A stretch of DNA of 64,000 bases from Eubacteriales bacterium. Its GTDB lineage: Bacteria > Bacillota > Clostridia > Oscillospirales > CAG-272. Shown piece by piece: positions 48,809 to 59,607 of the stretch. A program made the translations under genes and the position numbers. Position 1 is the first letter of the stretch. Each line of letters begins with the position of its first letter. The notes below the pieces were generated by a model that was not told where the DNA came from, did not search any database, and saw only the letters and a list, made by a program, of their open reading frames with translations. The stretch lies in assembly GCA_045537235.1 (NCBI GenBank), contig JAZSPB010000175.1, positions 2,811 through 66,810 of the forward strand, in the 5' to 3' direction.

Positions 48809-51085
48809 TTACGTATAGCGGAACATTTTGGTCTCGCCGAAATAGGCGTCAAATTCCACCTCAGTAGCGTTTTGGGCATAGGTTTTCTTTTCATAGACCT
48901 CATACACCGTGGTGGGCTTGGAAAAGCGAAGAGTCTTCTTGCCGCTTGACGAGGCGTGGAAGGTGATATAATTAGCACCCACATAGGTCACATCATTCGA
49001 ATCGCAGAACACGTGAACGCCAGCAAAGCGCGCCATTTCGCGGATGACGTCTTCATTTATGGTCTTGGAGCCGTAGAACACCGAGGTATAGCCGTCGCAC
49101 TCCTTGACCGACACGGCGGGATAGCCCGAGGATGCAAAATGGGCAATGTGCGTTGCGCTCTCATCCGCCGAGTAGAATACGGGATACAAATAGGTATCGC
49201 GATATGTGGTTGGCGTAACACTTGTACTAGTGACCCTTCTTTTTTCGATCAGATTGCCGAACGGCATACGCTTATCCAGCGATGCGCTGATGGGATGAGG
49301 CTCTCCGTCCCAGCGGAAGTTGGCATCGTAGCACTGCTCGTCCATCGCCATCTTCATTCCCGTCAGCTCCTCCATATGAGAAAGCGACATCTTCTGTTCC
49401 GCCGCAGGATCGGCAAAGCCGGGGGCATACAGCCAGACCGCAACCGCACCGTCCTTTTTCAGCTTGGCCTTTATGACCTCTCTATCCTTTGCGGTAAGCA
49501 CAAGGGTGTTGACAAAAATATACATTTTGTAAGAGGGCATCTCAGGGTTTGCCATGTCGTTGTGATAATACTGATCGACAGGCGCACCGATACGGGCGAG
49601 CTCGTAATTGCGGAGCATCTCCACAAGGGAGCGCGAGGTCTCAAAGGATACGGCTTGGAAGGATTCCTCGCTAAAGATAAGCGCGATCTCACTCTTTTTG
49701 GTTCTGTCAAGAGAATACGCCTCGTCTACGATCCTTTGCTGTTCCGCAAGCAGCTCGTAAACCTCGGGATAACGGAACCGTCCGCCGCCGATCAGCTGAT
49801 CAAACCACCATTGGTGCATATCGTCGCAGAGACTCCTTCCGAACTCACGCTTGATAACGTTCAACGTGTCTGTCATATCATAGACCTGAAATTGGTTGCG
49901 GAAATAGCGGTTTTCCGCCAACGTGCGCGTATCGTCCTGGCAAAGATAGACCTTGCCGTGGAGAGAAAAGGAATCCTGTACCACTCTCTGCGCCACAAAG
50001 CCGCCGGGGTTCCGATTTTCGTAGACCGCCGGATTTTCCAGAATGTCGATGCAGTCGCTCTCCAGAATCAGACGGGTACCGCCGATGGTGCAGCCGCGGC
50101 TGTGATCACAAGCCCCCTGCGCGCCGTAACAAAAGATGGTAATGCGGTCGGGTGTCATCTGCTTGATAAGACGCGCAAAATGGATCTGTGATCTCGCCAC
50201 ACCCAAATGCCACGCCCGAAGGAAATGATACATCCACGGAACCTTGTCCATATCGGTAAACGAGCCGATGTGTGTGCCGTTGTTATAGGACGGGGGCACA
50301 GGTGCCCAGGACCGCATCTTTTCGCGCGGAACTGCCGCATCGCCGTCCACCTCACGTCCGAAATAATGCTCCTCATATTTAGGAAGCGGAGGGTTGTCGA
50401 TGGTAACGTCAGGCATTTTCCACGCCTTCTGCAAGGCCTCGTCCGTGCCGTAAAGATCGCGGAGATAGGAGGAAAACTCCCGACGGAACGCCTTGCAATA
50501 TCCGGCGCAGGCCTGATGGTCTACCATATGGGGCGCATAGTGCCACTCCGAGGTTTGACCCGCCGCGGGAAAGCACCCGATAATACGGTCGACATAGGGA
50601 AGTTCCAATACTTTGCCCCATGCCTCCACAAGCGCCCGCCCCGCGTCCTCACGCCACTTTTGCGAGCACAGAGAATAAAAGCGGGGATAGTCTGCCTCGT
50701 AGGACTCGGTAATCAAGTGAAACGCTCTCGGCTTACCGTCGCTGTACAGCACACACTCGTCGGGATTTTCCTCCACCCACGAGACGGGGGGATGCAAGCC
50801 GAAGCGAGCGACAATGTAGGCATCGGGAACTGCCTCAAGCAGCATCCGCGCCTCCTTGTCAAAGACCTCCAGCGCGTCGGGCTGAAGCCATAAGGTATTA
50901 CAGCTGAGCATATACACCTGTATGCCCGATTCTCTTAAATTTTTGAAATATTCGGCGTCGAACTTGATTTCGGGTCGATTTTCCTCATCGCGAACGCGGG
51001 TGCGAATAAACGCCATGGGTGAGGTAAGCGGCTTTCCGTCTACGAAAATAGCCGTTCTTCCATTGTGTTTTCTGATTTCTGCCAT
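48809..51085 (-). CDS. Putative glycoside hydrolase (GH42/beta-galactosidase-like)
   Basis: VDRIIGCFPAAGQTSEW, FSSYLRDLYGTDEALQKAW, trimerisation-like C-terminal region. Confidence 0.65.
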   Translation of the reverse strand: MAEIRKHNGRTAIFVDGKPLTSPMAFIRTRVRDEENRPEIKFDAEYFKNLRESGIQVYMLSCNTLWLQPDALEVFDKEARMLLEAVPDAYIVARFGLHPPVSWVEENPDECVLYSDGKPRAFHLITESYEADYPRFYSLCSQKWREDAGRALVEAWGKVLELPYVDRIIGCFPAAGQTSEWHYAPHMVDHQACAGYCKAFRREFSSYLRDLYGTDEALQKAWKMPDVTIDNPPLPKYEEHYFGREVDGDAAVPREKMRSWAPVPPSYNNGTHIGSFTDMDKVPWMYHFLRAWHLGVARSQIHFARLIKQMTPDRITIFCYGAQGACDHSRGCTIGGTRLILESDCIDILENPAVYENRNPGGFVAQRVVQDSFSLHGKVYLCQDDTRTLAENRYFRNQFQVYDMTDTLNVIKREFGRSLCDDMHQWWFDQLIGGGRFRYPEVYELLAEQQRIVDEAYSLDRTKKSEIALIFSEESFQAVSFETSRSLVEMLRNYELARIGAPVDQYYHNDMANPEMPSYKMYIFVNTLVLTAKDREVIKAKLKKDGAVAVWLYAPGFADPAAEQKMSLSHMEELTGMKMAMDEQCYDANFRWDGEPHPISASLDKRMPFGNLIEKRRVTSTSVTPTTYRDTYLYPVFYSADESATHIAHFASSGYPAVSVKECDGYTSVFYGSKTINEDVIREMARFAGVHVFCDSNDVTYVGANYITFHASSSGKKTLRFSKPTTVYEVYEKKTYAQNATEVEFDAYFGETKMFRYT

Positions 51086-51087
51086 GG

Positions 51088-51888
51088 TTATATAGCTCCT
51101 TCCATAATTTCTTTGCTACCGCAATAGGTAAGTTTCGGGCAACGGCGAAGCAAGGATGCGGGAATGTCTGCCGTCGGTTCGTCGTGAAGGGCATGACGGA
51201 AGGGTCCGTTCTGCCACGGTCTGTTAAGCGCGATGTAGATCTTTTTGGCTCCCAAAATCTGCTTCATACCCACCGTGATACACCACTCGGGCATACCGCG
51301 AAGGTCGCCGCGCTGATAGCCGTAGGCGTTGATGGTCTTTGTCTCGCGGGAAATGGGAAGAACCCGTGTGCCAAGTACCGCAAACTCGTCCGCGCTCATG
51401 GACGCATCTGCCTCGGGGGGCTCGTTGAACGCCACGTGACCGTTGATACCGAGACCTCCGAAGCACATATCCACGCCGCCAAGCTCCTCGATCATACGGT
51501 CATATTCCGCTTCCCTTCCGGGCTCGGGAAAATGCCGTTGACACTCGGGCATAACAAGGTCGGGACGCACGCGCTCGTAAAATTCCTTGTTCATGCGGTA
51601 GTGGAAGCTCATGGGATCGTCATAGGAAAGGGTCTCCTTGTCGGTCACCATATACTCATCCATATTGAAAAAATGCACGTTTTTAAGAGAGACGTTCAGC
51701 CGATTGACCATCTCGGCAAGAATGGGATACTGCTGTGTGGGACCCACGGGGACGATCATGACCGTCTTCTCTCCCCTCTCGTTGTGGGCGATAATTTCCT
51801 CCAGCATGGTCAGTGCCATATCAAAATATACGTCGTATTCGCCGTCGACTACTCGACAAGTCACATTGTTGATTATTTTTACTTCCAT
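51088..51888 (-). CDS. Glucosamine-6-phosphate isomerase/deaminase-family protein
   Basis: IVPVGPTQQY, FNMDEY, GLGINGHVAFNEP, TVGMKQIL. Confidence 0.87.
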   Translation of the reverse strand: MEVKIINNVTCRVVDGEYDVYFDMALTMLEEIIAHNERGEKTVMIVPVGPTQQYPILAEMVNRLNVSLKNVHFFNMDEYMVTDKETLSYDDPMSFHYRMNKEFYERVRPDLVMPECQRHFPEPGREAEYDRMIEELGGVDMCFGGLGINGHVAFNEPPEADASMSADEFAVLGTRVLPISRETKTINAYGYQRGDLRGMPEWCITVGMKQILGAKKIYIALNRPWQNGPFRHALHDEPTADIPASLLRRCPKLTYCGSKEIMEGAI

Positions 51889-51913
51889 AATTTTTTCCTC
51901 TGCTAATTTTTAT

Positions 51914-53917
51914 TTACAGTTCAAGAAACGTCACCTGTTCCGCATCCAACGTGACCGTTTGCGTATTTCCTGTTTCTTTGTTGGTATATATCTCGGTTGC
52001 AAGAGCTCCGTTATCGTTCCATACGGCAAGTCCAAGTCTGCCGTCTGCGGTGCGGTAAGCCTTTTGTCTGAACACTCCGTTTTTCGCCGTGAAGCCATCC
52101 TCGTCTACAAAGGTTCCGGCAAAGAAATAGTCGGCATAGCGTTTGCGAAGGGCAATCAGCGTTTTCATATACGCGGTGTAGTTCGGAATATCGGACGGTT
52201 TTCCCGCACAGCGGAAAATGGACAAGTCAAAAGCAATGCCGTACAGGTAGGTAAAATTGCAATTCTTACGCATATCGGCTTCCGACAGCGCCATATTTCG
52301 GTTCGTCATAACCACCTCGGGGAAGGTATAGCGGAACATTTCGGGGGCACTGTCCTTTTTGGTTGTAAAAGGACCCGGTTGAACGAGATCCATATACTGC
52401 GTGTAAATATCAATACAATGCTCCTCGGCAATCACGCGATCACCGAAAGTTTTGATCTTATCACGAAGCGCGGACCACCGCTTGACCTTGGAAGCACGCG
52501 ACTCATTTGGCTTTTTGTGATCATGTCCTTCCGTAGTACAGAAAGACGGTTTGGTTCCTCCAAGATCGAACAAAATGCCGTCCGCGCCGAGATCCATACA
52601 AAATTCGGCCGTTTCCAACATTTTTTCATGCCACTTGTCCGAGCCCGAGCAAGCGCAGCACTGCTTGTAAGGATTGTTCAGCATCATGCGGTAAGTGCCA
52701 TCTGCGGCATAGGTCTCCGCATAATGAGCCAAATTTCCCCACAGATCGCGTACCAGCACATCTTCGCCCCCACATTCGGTAAACCAACGGCTTTTCATAT
52801 CTACCACGTGATAGCTGACGAACAGTATGACCTTTCCGCCGCGGGAATGTACATATTCGATTCCCCGCTCCAGTTCTTTCTTTTCTTCCACGCTCAAAAC
52901 GTAATCGGGACGCAACCGTCCGAAGCCGCCGTGAGGCCATCCAAGCAGGAATAAGGTATCAAGACCTGCCTCCTGCAATTCGTCGAACATTTGGGGAATG
53001 TCGGAAAAACGATAGTTATATTCCCCCGACTGCGTGCGGAAGATAACGCGAAGCCATCCCTGGAATTGCTTGACCCAATCGGGCTTCTTCGGTGCTTTCC
53101 AACCGTATTCCTCGATCATAAAGCGGCGATAAAACCGCGAGCCCGAATGCCAGTCTCCCTCCAAAAAAGCATATACGATCGGAGGTGTGACCCACGTTTC
53201 ATTCTGTTCCAAAAAAGGATAATGACAAACGCCAAGCCGCAACGTACGGTCGGACACGCGGCGCTCCACATGCTGACAAATGATGTGATGTGCCGTATCG
53301 TGACTGCCCACGTACAGACACTCCCTGTCGTTGTAGAGGCAATACCACTGCATACAACTGTAACCGGGATATGTGAAATCAATGGCGGAATATCGGTAAT
53401 CGGGTCGATCGTAAGGACGCGCTCCCAAGCCGCCAACCTTGGAAAAATCCGCCTCGGTCGGAGCGTCCACCCGTTGTCCAAGCTTCATGGGGAGCATCAG
53501 GGAATCCTTCTTCGGGTCGTCTCCCAGCGCATAGATTCCTGCCATGGCGGACAACTGAATCTCTTTGACGTGGACATGGCTCCTATTTTCAATTTCCGCT
53601 GTCAACGTGAGCCGTTCCCCGTCCAGCACCAAAAAAACGGTAAGGCGAATGGGAAGAATACCGTCAGGCCCCATCAGTTGCTCATAGGTCAACCGCATGG
53701 TTCCGTTCTCCACGATAATCATCGGATTTTTTTGCTCGGCGGCATGAATACTGCGTTCTTCAAAATCCTCCACTCGATAGATCAAGCGGAAAATTTCTCC
53801 CGCGCTGTCCCCATCGCCAAGGCAATATTCCCGTCCGCTTCGCAGATTTCGGATCGATACGATTCCGCCTTGATTGTTTACCGTATACGAAACAATGTCA
53901 TTTTTCAAAGTATACAT
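51914..53917 (-). CDS. DUF6259-like putative glycoside hydrolase
   Basis: EGDWHSGSRFY, LFLLGW, GADGILFDLGG, EMFRYTFPE; GAGGAGG RBS before ATG 53917. Confidence 0.7.
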   Translation of the reverse strand: MYTLKNDIVSYTVNNQGGIVSIRNLRSGREYCLGDGDSAGEIFRLIYRVEDFEERSIHAAEQKNPMIIVENGTMRLTYEQLMGPDGILPIRLTVFLVLDGERLTLTAEIENRSHVHVKEIQLSAMAGIYALGDDPKKDSLMLPMKLGQRVDAPTEADFSKVGGLGARPYDRPDYRYSAIDFTYPGYSCMQWYCLYNDRECLYVGSHDTAHHIICQHVERRVSDRTLRLGVCHYPFLEQNETWVTPPIVYAFLEGDWHSGSRFYRRFMIEEYGWKAPKKPDWVKQFQGWLRVIFRTQSGEYNYRFSDIPQMFDELQEAGLDTLFLLGWPHGGFGRLRPDYVLSVEEKKELERGIEYVHSRGGKVILFVSYHVVDMKSRWFTECGGEDVLVRDLWGNLAHYAETYAADGTYRMMLNNPYKQCCACSGSDKWHEKMLETAEFCMDLGADGILFDLGGTKPSFCTTEGHDHKKPNESRASKVKRWSALRDKIKTFGDRVIAEEHCIDIYTQYMDLVQPGPFTTKKDSAPEMFRYTFPEVVMTNRNMALSEADMRKNCNFTYLYGIAFDLSIFRCAGKPSDIPNYTAYMKTLIALRKRYADYFFAGTFVDEDGFTAKNGVFRQKAYRTADGRLGLAVWNDNGALATEIYTNKETGNTQTVTLDAEQVTFLEL

Positions 53918-53939
53918 ACGATTCAATCCTCCTCACGAT

Positions 53940-55649
53940 TCAATCCTCCTCATTTTTCAAGCCCAGTCGCAAAATAGTGGTCTCAGCAGGGGATGCGCTA
54001 CGTCCCTCGGCCTCCAGGCAAAGTTGCGAATAATAGTTTTCCTCCAAAGCCTGCTCATACGAAACGCCGCAAACGTCCGTCACGATACGGGCGCTTCGGT
54101 CGATCAGCTTTTTGTTAGACATGGCGAGGCAGGTCATCCAGTTGCCCGTGATACGTCCCATTCGCGCCATAACGCCCGTGGACAAGGTGTTCAGCATCAG
54201 CTTCATCGAGAGATGCTCAAATATATCCATATGCGTCTTCACAAGTGTCACACCCGCCATTTCCAAGGTGAATTCGCTGTGAGAGGCATAGCGGGCGGCG
54301 GATGCGAAAAATTCCTCGGGCGCACTGTCCGCGCTTACCCACATAGCGTGAGAGCACGGCACATTTTCGCGCTCGGGCATGGGCTCGTTTCCGATCATAA
54401 ACCGTTCCAAAGCCTCCACGCCGATATCAAAAATGCGTTCAATCTGCTCGGGCGTAAAATTCAATCGCGCATAGGTCGCCTTGTCCCATTCCAAACAGTT
54501 CGGACGGCGCAAAAAGCATCGCGTCCATGCCGTTTTGGTATCGCATGCGGGATTTTTGGCAAATGCCCAAGACGGTTCCTTGCCCACCATGTCCGAGGAG
54601 CAGAAGGGGGGTGTCATAAAGGTGGGGGCGCGTTCGGTCGTGTCGGTCAGCACGTCAAGCATATATTCGTCGGCAAACAACGTCATAAGACCGCCCGCCT
54701 CATATACCCTCTGCTCATCTCTCGTCGCATTTGCCAAAAGGGCTACCGCCTTTTCTCCCATGAGCTGATGGGTCATTTCCAAAAACGCCGTACCGAAGGT
54801 CGCATAGTCGGGATAGGACACGTCGACACCGCACTCGCAAAGCAGGTCACACAGCGCGCCTTCCAAGGCAACCGCGCCGCAAAGCTGTTCGAAGGTGGAC
54901 GACTGCATCCGCGACGAGCCTGTCAATGCCATGCTGCCGCAAGGAAGGGTCAGAACACGGCAATTGGGATGCAGATACACTTCCCTTGCCCGCGCCATTT
55001 TCTCAACAAGCGGACGGTGATCGGCGCAGATCAGCATATAAACGTCAGCGCCATTCTCAAGGGCTTGAACCGCCGTTCCCAAAATAGAGGTGGTCTCGCC
55101 CGTTGCCGTGACACCTACCAAAAGGTCACCCCGAGAAAGTCCCAGCTCGCGCACCTGCTCACGACCTAAAGGAGCCGAATCCTCAAAGGACTCCACCGCG
55201 CGAATGACCGCATAATCGCCACCCGTCATAATATTGCCAACCGCCTCTTTCTTTGACAAGAGCCTCTCCCTCTTATCGGGATACGCCTCTGCAAGCGCTT
55301 CTATGGCGTGACGAAAGGATTGCTCCAAACGCATAGAGAGTCGTCCCGACGAGCCGCATCCCGAAAAAATAACGCGTCCGCCGCCAAGCACGGTTTTTCG
55401 TATCCGATCGGCAAAATCGGCATAGCCTTCACTTGCCAAGGTCGCGGCGGCGCGCTCTGCCATTTCCGCATCCACACTGAGAAGCATACGGACGCCATCC
55501 TCCACCGAGGACTCGTACGTCTGCGACAGCCGCACAGTACGGGGATGGGGACGCTCCGCCTCCAGATACCCCATGCGGTATTCGCTATCCAATTCTAAAA
55601 ATCGGCGCGCTTTTTCTTTTGCTCGACCGCGCAAGCTTTGACTGTCCAT
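53940..55649 (-). CDS. SIS-domain protein (MurQ/glucokinase-regulator-like)
   Basis: GCGSSGRL, VESFED, GVTATGET, ALTGSSRM, KLMLNTLSTGVM, NKKLIDRS. Confidence 0.8.
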   Translation of the reverse strand: MDSQSLRGRAKEKARRFLELDSEYRMGYLEAERPHPRTVRLSQTYESSVEDGVRMLLSVDAEMAERAAATLASEGYADFADRIRKTVLGGGRVIFSGCGSSGRLSMRLEQSFRHAIEALAEAYPDKRERLLSKKEAVGNIMTGGDYAVIRAVESFEDSAPLGREQVRELGLSRGDLLVGVTATGETTSILGTAVQALENGADVYMLICADHRPLVEKMARAREVYLHPNCRVLTLPCGSMALTGSSRMQSSTFEQLCGAVALEGALCDLLCECGVDVSYPDYATFGTAFLEMTHQLMGEKAVALLANATRDEQRVYEAGGLMTLFADEYMLDVLTDTTERAPTFMTPPFCSSDMVGKEPSWAFAKNPACDTKTAWTRCFLRRPNCLEWDKATYARLNFTPEQIERIFDIGVEALERFMIGNEPMPERENVPCSHAMWVSADSAPEEFFASAARYASHSEFTLEMAGVTLVKTHMDIFEHLSMKLMLNTLSTGVMARMGRITGNWMTCLAMSNKKLIDRSARIVTDVCGVSYEQALEENYYSQLCLEAEGRSASPAETTILRLGLKNEED

Positions 55650-55784
55650 TTGAAATTCCTCCATGATTTAATGAGTGTTTTCACATTCAGTATAACACCG
55701 TCCCCATCGACATTCAATCTAATTTTTGAGAAAAAGAATTGCACTTTTCGGTTTTTTGTGATATGATAAAGAGGAGGTGATACT

Positions 55785-56579
55785 ATGGATATTCAAATGC
55801 TTAACAAGATCTTTTCTTCCCCTTTTCATTTGAAAGAGATCATTGCCAACGAACAAAGGCGAAAAAACTCCCACAGATTTGACTTTTTGAAAGATTCTCG
55901 CTCTCGGTGCGCCCTATTTTACATTGCAGAGTACCCTGTCAGATACGAATTGCCAAGCGGCGAGTTCTTTGTGGCCGAGGTAGGCGACGTTATGCTGCTC
56001 CCCCGCGGCTCACATTACGCGGTCACCTTTTTGACGCCCGAAAATGCCGTATCTCACCCCATTCTCCTCTCCTTCTTTTTGACCGACGAATCGGACAACG
56101 AGATTCCCCTTGGACAAGATATCATCAAGCTGACTCATGATGACGGTACGCTGTTTCCGATCTTTTTCGCCGCTACGCAGTTCTACAAAAACGGAGAACT
56201 ATCCATGGCAAAGGCAAAATCCTACGAGATCTTCGGTCACATCTTTCCTTTGCGAGAACACGACGAATGTGGGATCTCTTACATTCATCAAAACTATACA
56301 AAACGGCTGAGCATCCCCGACCTTGCCAAACGATGCGCCGTCAGCGAAACGGTCTACCGCAAGCAATTCCGCAAGCTGACGGGGCTTTCTCCCATACAAT
56401 ACATCACCCGTCTCAAGATCGAAAAGGCATGCGAACTACTGGGAGAAAACGATATGGACCTCAAAGACATCAGCGAATTCCTTAATTTTTACAGTCTGCC
56501 TTACTTCCACAGAGTTTTCAAAGAAATCACAGGACTTACCCCGGGGCAATATAGAGAGACGCACAAAAACATTCCTTAA
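55785..56579 (+). CDS. AraC-family transcriptional regulator
   Basis: LKDISEFLNFYSLPYFHRVFKEITGLTPGQYR; GAGGAGG RBS. Confidence 0.9.
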   Translation: MDIQMLNKIFSSPFHLKEIIANEQRRKNSHRFDFLKDSRSRCALFYIAEYPVRYELPSGEFFVAEVGDVMLLPRGSHYAVTFLTPENAVSHPILLSFFLTDESDNEIPLGQDIIKLTHDDGTLFPIFFAATQFYKNGELSMAKAKSYEIFGHIFPLREHDECGISYIHQNYTKRLSIPDLAKRCAVSETVYRKQFRKLTGLSPIQYITRLKIEKACELLGENDMDLKDISEFLNFYSLPYFHRVFKEITGLTPGQYRETHKNIP

Positions 56580-56694
56580 ATTCATAGACAAAAAAAGAAG
56601 ACCGAGGAGCAAAAACTCTTCGGTCTTTTGATACAGTATCCCGGGGAAAGCTTTCAATTTGGCTTCCATAGAAAATTTCACCCCGTCTTATTTT

Positions 56695-57489
56695 CTACTC
56701 CGATCTTCTCGGTACATATTGTTTAGGGGAAACGCCGATCTCCCTCTTAAAGGCCTGACTGAACGTATAAATATCGGAAAAGCCAAGGGCTGTCGCCACC
56801 TCGCCCACGTTCATCACACCGCTTCCCAACATGCGGCAGGCACGTTCCATAAGCTGCCAATTTCTGTATCTCACGGGAGATCTCCCCGTATAGGATTTGA
56901 ACATCCGCCGAAAATGTGACTCGCTGACATCGCACAAAGCCGCCAATTCGGGAATGGAAAATTTCTCGCTCAAATGCTGGTTGATATATGCCAAAGCGGG
57001 GTGTATCTTACTGCCTGCCGTTCCCCCCATATTTGCCACATTCATATTGCCGAAAAATAAAGCCAACAAGCGGTACAAAACCGAAAAGGTCATAAACCGG
57101 TCCTTAAAATAACAACCCGCCAGTGCCTCAAACAGTTGCTCCGCCTCCTCGCCACCGTCCAATACGGTAGGACGATCAAAAAAGCGAACCGCGTGTCTTG
57201 TCTCCCCCACCGTTCGGTAAAGATCAAATTCCACCTGTATACACCTTGTGTTTTTGTCAAGTACGGAATAGGAATACTTCGCCCCTTGCGGGATATACAC
57301 GATCCGCCCCCGTCTGACATCAAATACCTCGTCCGTCATCGTGTATCGGTATCCTCCCTCCAATACACAGAGGAAAGAAGATGTGATACGCGCCCTTATA
57401 TTCGCCTTCATATTTCTCGGGACAAACTGCATCACAAGGACATTTTCAAAAATATAATGGCCGTCACCGACAAAGTATTTGTTCATCAT
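56695..57489 (-). CDS. AraC-family transcriptional regulator
   Basis: VGEVATALGFSDIYTFSQAFKREIGVSPKQY; exact start uncertain. Confidence 0.88.
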   Translation of the reverse strand: MMNKYFVGDGHYIFENVLVMQFVPRNMKANIRARITSSFLCVLEGGYRYTMTDEVFDVRRGRIVYIPQGAKYSYSVLDKNTRCIQVEFDLYRTVGETRHAVRFFDRPTVLDGGEEAEQLFEALAGCYFKDRFMTFSVLYRLLALFFGNMNVANMGGTAGSKIHPALAYINQHLSEKFSIPELAALCDVSESHFRRMFKSYTGRSPVRYRNWQLMERACRMLGSGVMNVGEVATALGFSDIYTFSQAFKREIGVSPKQYVPRRSE

Positions 57490-57633
57490 TCTCATCACCT
57501 CTCCCCCATTATACTCCTCTTTTTTTACCTTGTCAACCGAAGTGAGCGTTTTGCTTAAATTATAGTCATTTTTTGCATTGTTTTACTTAAATTGATGTGA
57601 TACAATAAAGAAAAAATAAGCGGAGGAGAAACT

Positions 57634-58404
57634 ATGAGCGTTGCTTTTATAACGGGAGCAGTCAAAAATACCGGTTTTGCCATCGCCCAAAAATTCGCCG
57701 CCGAGGGCTTTGATGTAGTCATTTCCAGCCGACAAGGGGAGGATGCGCAAAAAATGGCGAATACCCTTATCAAAGACTATGGCGTGCGCGCCAAAGGATA
57801 TTCGATGGAATTGAATGATACAGGTAATATTCGCCGTGTATTCGACAGCATTCGCACCGATTTCGGCCGTCTTGACACCTTTGTGGCGAATGCCGCCCAT
57901 CTTGGCGTAGGATTTGGGCTTCTCACGTCCACCCCGGAGGATTTCGATGCAGTATTGGATGTCAATCTCAAAGGCACTTTTTTCTGCTGTCAAAATGCGG
58001 CAAATATCATGAAGGAAAACGGCGGCGGTGCCATTGTTCTCATCAGCTCGGTACACGCCGATGCCTGCATTCCCGACCGTTGCCTCTATTCGATCTCCAA
58101 GGGGGCTCTCAATACATTAGCCAAGTCCATTGCCGTTGAACTTGGTCCCCACAACATTCGCGCCAACAGTCTGGTCGCAGGTGCCATCAAGACCGACCGA
58201 TGGGATGATATGACGGATGAACAGATCGCCGCCCGCCGCCGCAACTGGCCACTTGGCATAGAATCCACGGGCGAGGATATTGCCAACGCCGCTTTTTATC
58301 TGGGAACCGATCTTTCCCGAACCGTTACAGGCGCGGAATTGGCGGTTGATTCGGGAGTCTCCGCAAGCCTTCTCGGCTTCAACGGCGGAAAACGATATGA
58401 TTAA
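57634..58404 (+). CDS. Short-chain dehydrogenase/reductase
   Basis: TGAVKNTG, ANAA, YSISK. Confidence 0.9.
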   Translation: MSVAFITGAVKNTGFAIAQKFAAEGFDVVISSRQGEDAQKMANTLIKDYGVRAKGYSMELNDTGNIRRVFDSIRTDFGRLDTFVANAAHLGVGFGLLTSTPEDFDAVLDVNLKGTFFCCQNAANIMKENGGGAIVLISSVHADACIPDRCLYSISKGALNTLAKSIAVELGPHNIRANSLVAGAIKTDRWDDMTDEQIAARRRNWPLGIESTGEDIANAAFYLGTDLSRTVTGAELAVDSGVSASLLGFNGGKRYD

Positions 58405-58416
58405 AGGAGAATTGCT

Positions 58417-59607
58417 ATGAAAATCACTGATGTAAAAATCTATACGCTTGACGCTTTCCGTACCAACTGGGCATTCATTAAAGTAGAAACCGATGAGGGA
58501 CTTTACGGCTGGGGCGAGGCATCTCTCGGCACCAACGAAATGGCGTTGGAGGGTATGATCACCGATCTTCGCCGCCTTGTCATCGGGCGCAATCCCCTTG
58601 AGATCGAGCGATTTATGTTTGAGGTCTATCGCGACATTTACTGGAAGGGCGGCCCTGTTCTGATGTCCGCTATGAGCGGTATTGAGATCGCACTGTGGGA
58701 TATTGCGGGCAAGTTTTTTAACACTCCCGTTTCCACCTTCTTCGGCGGCAAAATGCGCGACCGTGTGAAAATGTACGCCAACGCTTGGTTCGTAGGCGCA
58801 AAGACCCCCGAGGAATTCGCAAAGAAAGCGAAAAACACAGTGGCTCTCGGTGTCAAGGCTCTCAAATGGGATCCCTTTGGTGCGGCACACATGACCATTT
58901 CCCGCGAGCAGTTGGAAAAGAGCATCAATATCGTGGGCGCGGTTCGCGAGGCGGTCGGCGACAAGGTGGATCTGCTCATTGAATGTCACGGTCGCTTCAA
59001 TCCCACCACCGCCATCGAGATCTCCCGCGAGCTTGAGCAGTTTAAGCCTATGGTTATGGAAGAACCCTGCGTACCCGACAATATGCGTTCCACCGCCTAC
59101 GTCCGTGCTCATTCTCATATTCCGATCGCGGCGGGCGAGCGCGGCTATACCAAATACGCCTTTCAGGAGATGTTCGAGCTGGATGCGGTGGATCTGGTTC
59201 AGCCGGACGTTTTCCACACGGGCGGTCTGATGGAGGGCAAGAAGATCGCCGCTATGGCAGAGGCCAAGCACATCATGATCTCCTTCCACAATCCCTCGGG
59301 TCCCATCTCCAACGCCGCCATTCTTCAACTTGCGGCAACCGTTCCCAACTTTGTCATTCACGAGATCATGCTGACCGACGGCTCCTTCCGAAAGACCATC
59401 ACCAACGAAGAAGTGCATTTTGAGGACGGCTATATTCTCATTCCCGACAAACCGGGACTTGGCATTGACGTCAACATCGACGAGGTGCTGAACCGTCCCT
59501 ACACCCCTCGTAATCTGCGCCACTACACGGGTGCCGTCACCGACATACGTCCTAAGGACGATACCGTCTACTACTTCAAGGAATTGGAGGGCAAGAAATA
59601 TGAATAA
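58417..59607 (+). CDS. Mandelate racemase/enolase-family sugar-acid dehydratase (galactonate dehydratase-like)
   Basis: VETDEGLYGWGE, EIALWDIAGK, KWDPFG, ECHGRF, EEP, AAGER, HNPSGP. Confidence 0.88.
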   Translation: MKITDVKIYTLDAFRTNWAFIKVETDEGLYGWGEASLGTNEMALEGMITDLRRLVIGRNPLEIERFMFEVYRDIYWKGGPVLMSAMSGIEIALWDIAGKFFNTPVSTFFGGKMRDRVKMYANAWFVGAKTPEEFAKKAKNTVALGVKALKWDPFGAAHMTISREQLEKSINIVGAVREAVGDKVDLLIECHGRFNPTTAIEISRELEQFKPMVMEEPCVPDNMRSTAYVRAHSHIPIAAGERGYTKYAFQEMFELDAVDLVQPDVFHTGGLMEGKKIAAMAEAKHIMISFHNPSGPISNAAILQLAATVPNFVIHEIMLTDGSFRKTITNEEVHFEDGYILIPDKPGLGIDVNIDEVLNRPYTPRNLRHYTGAVTDIRPKDDTVYYFKELEGKKYE

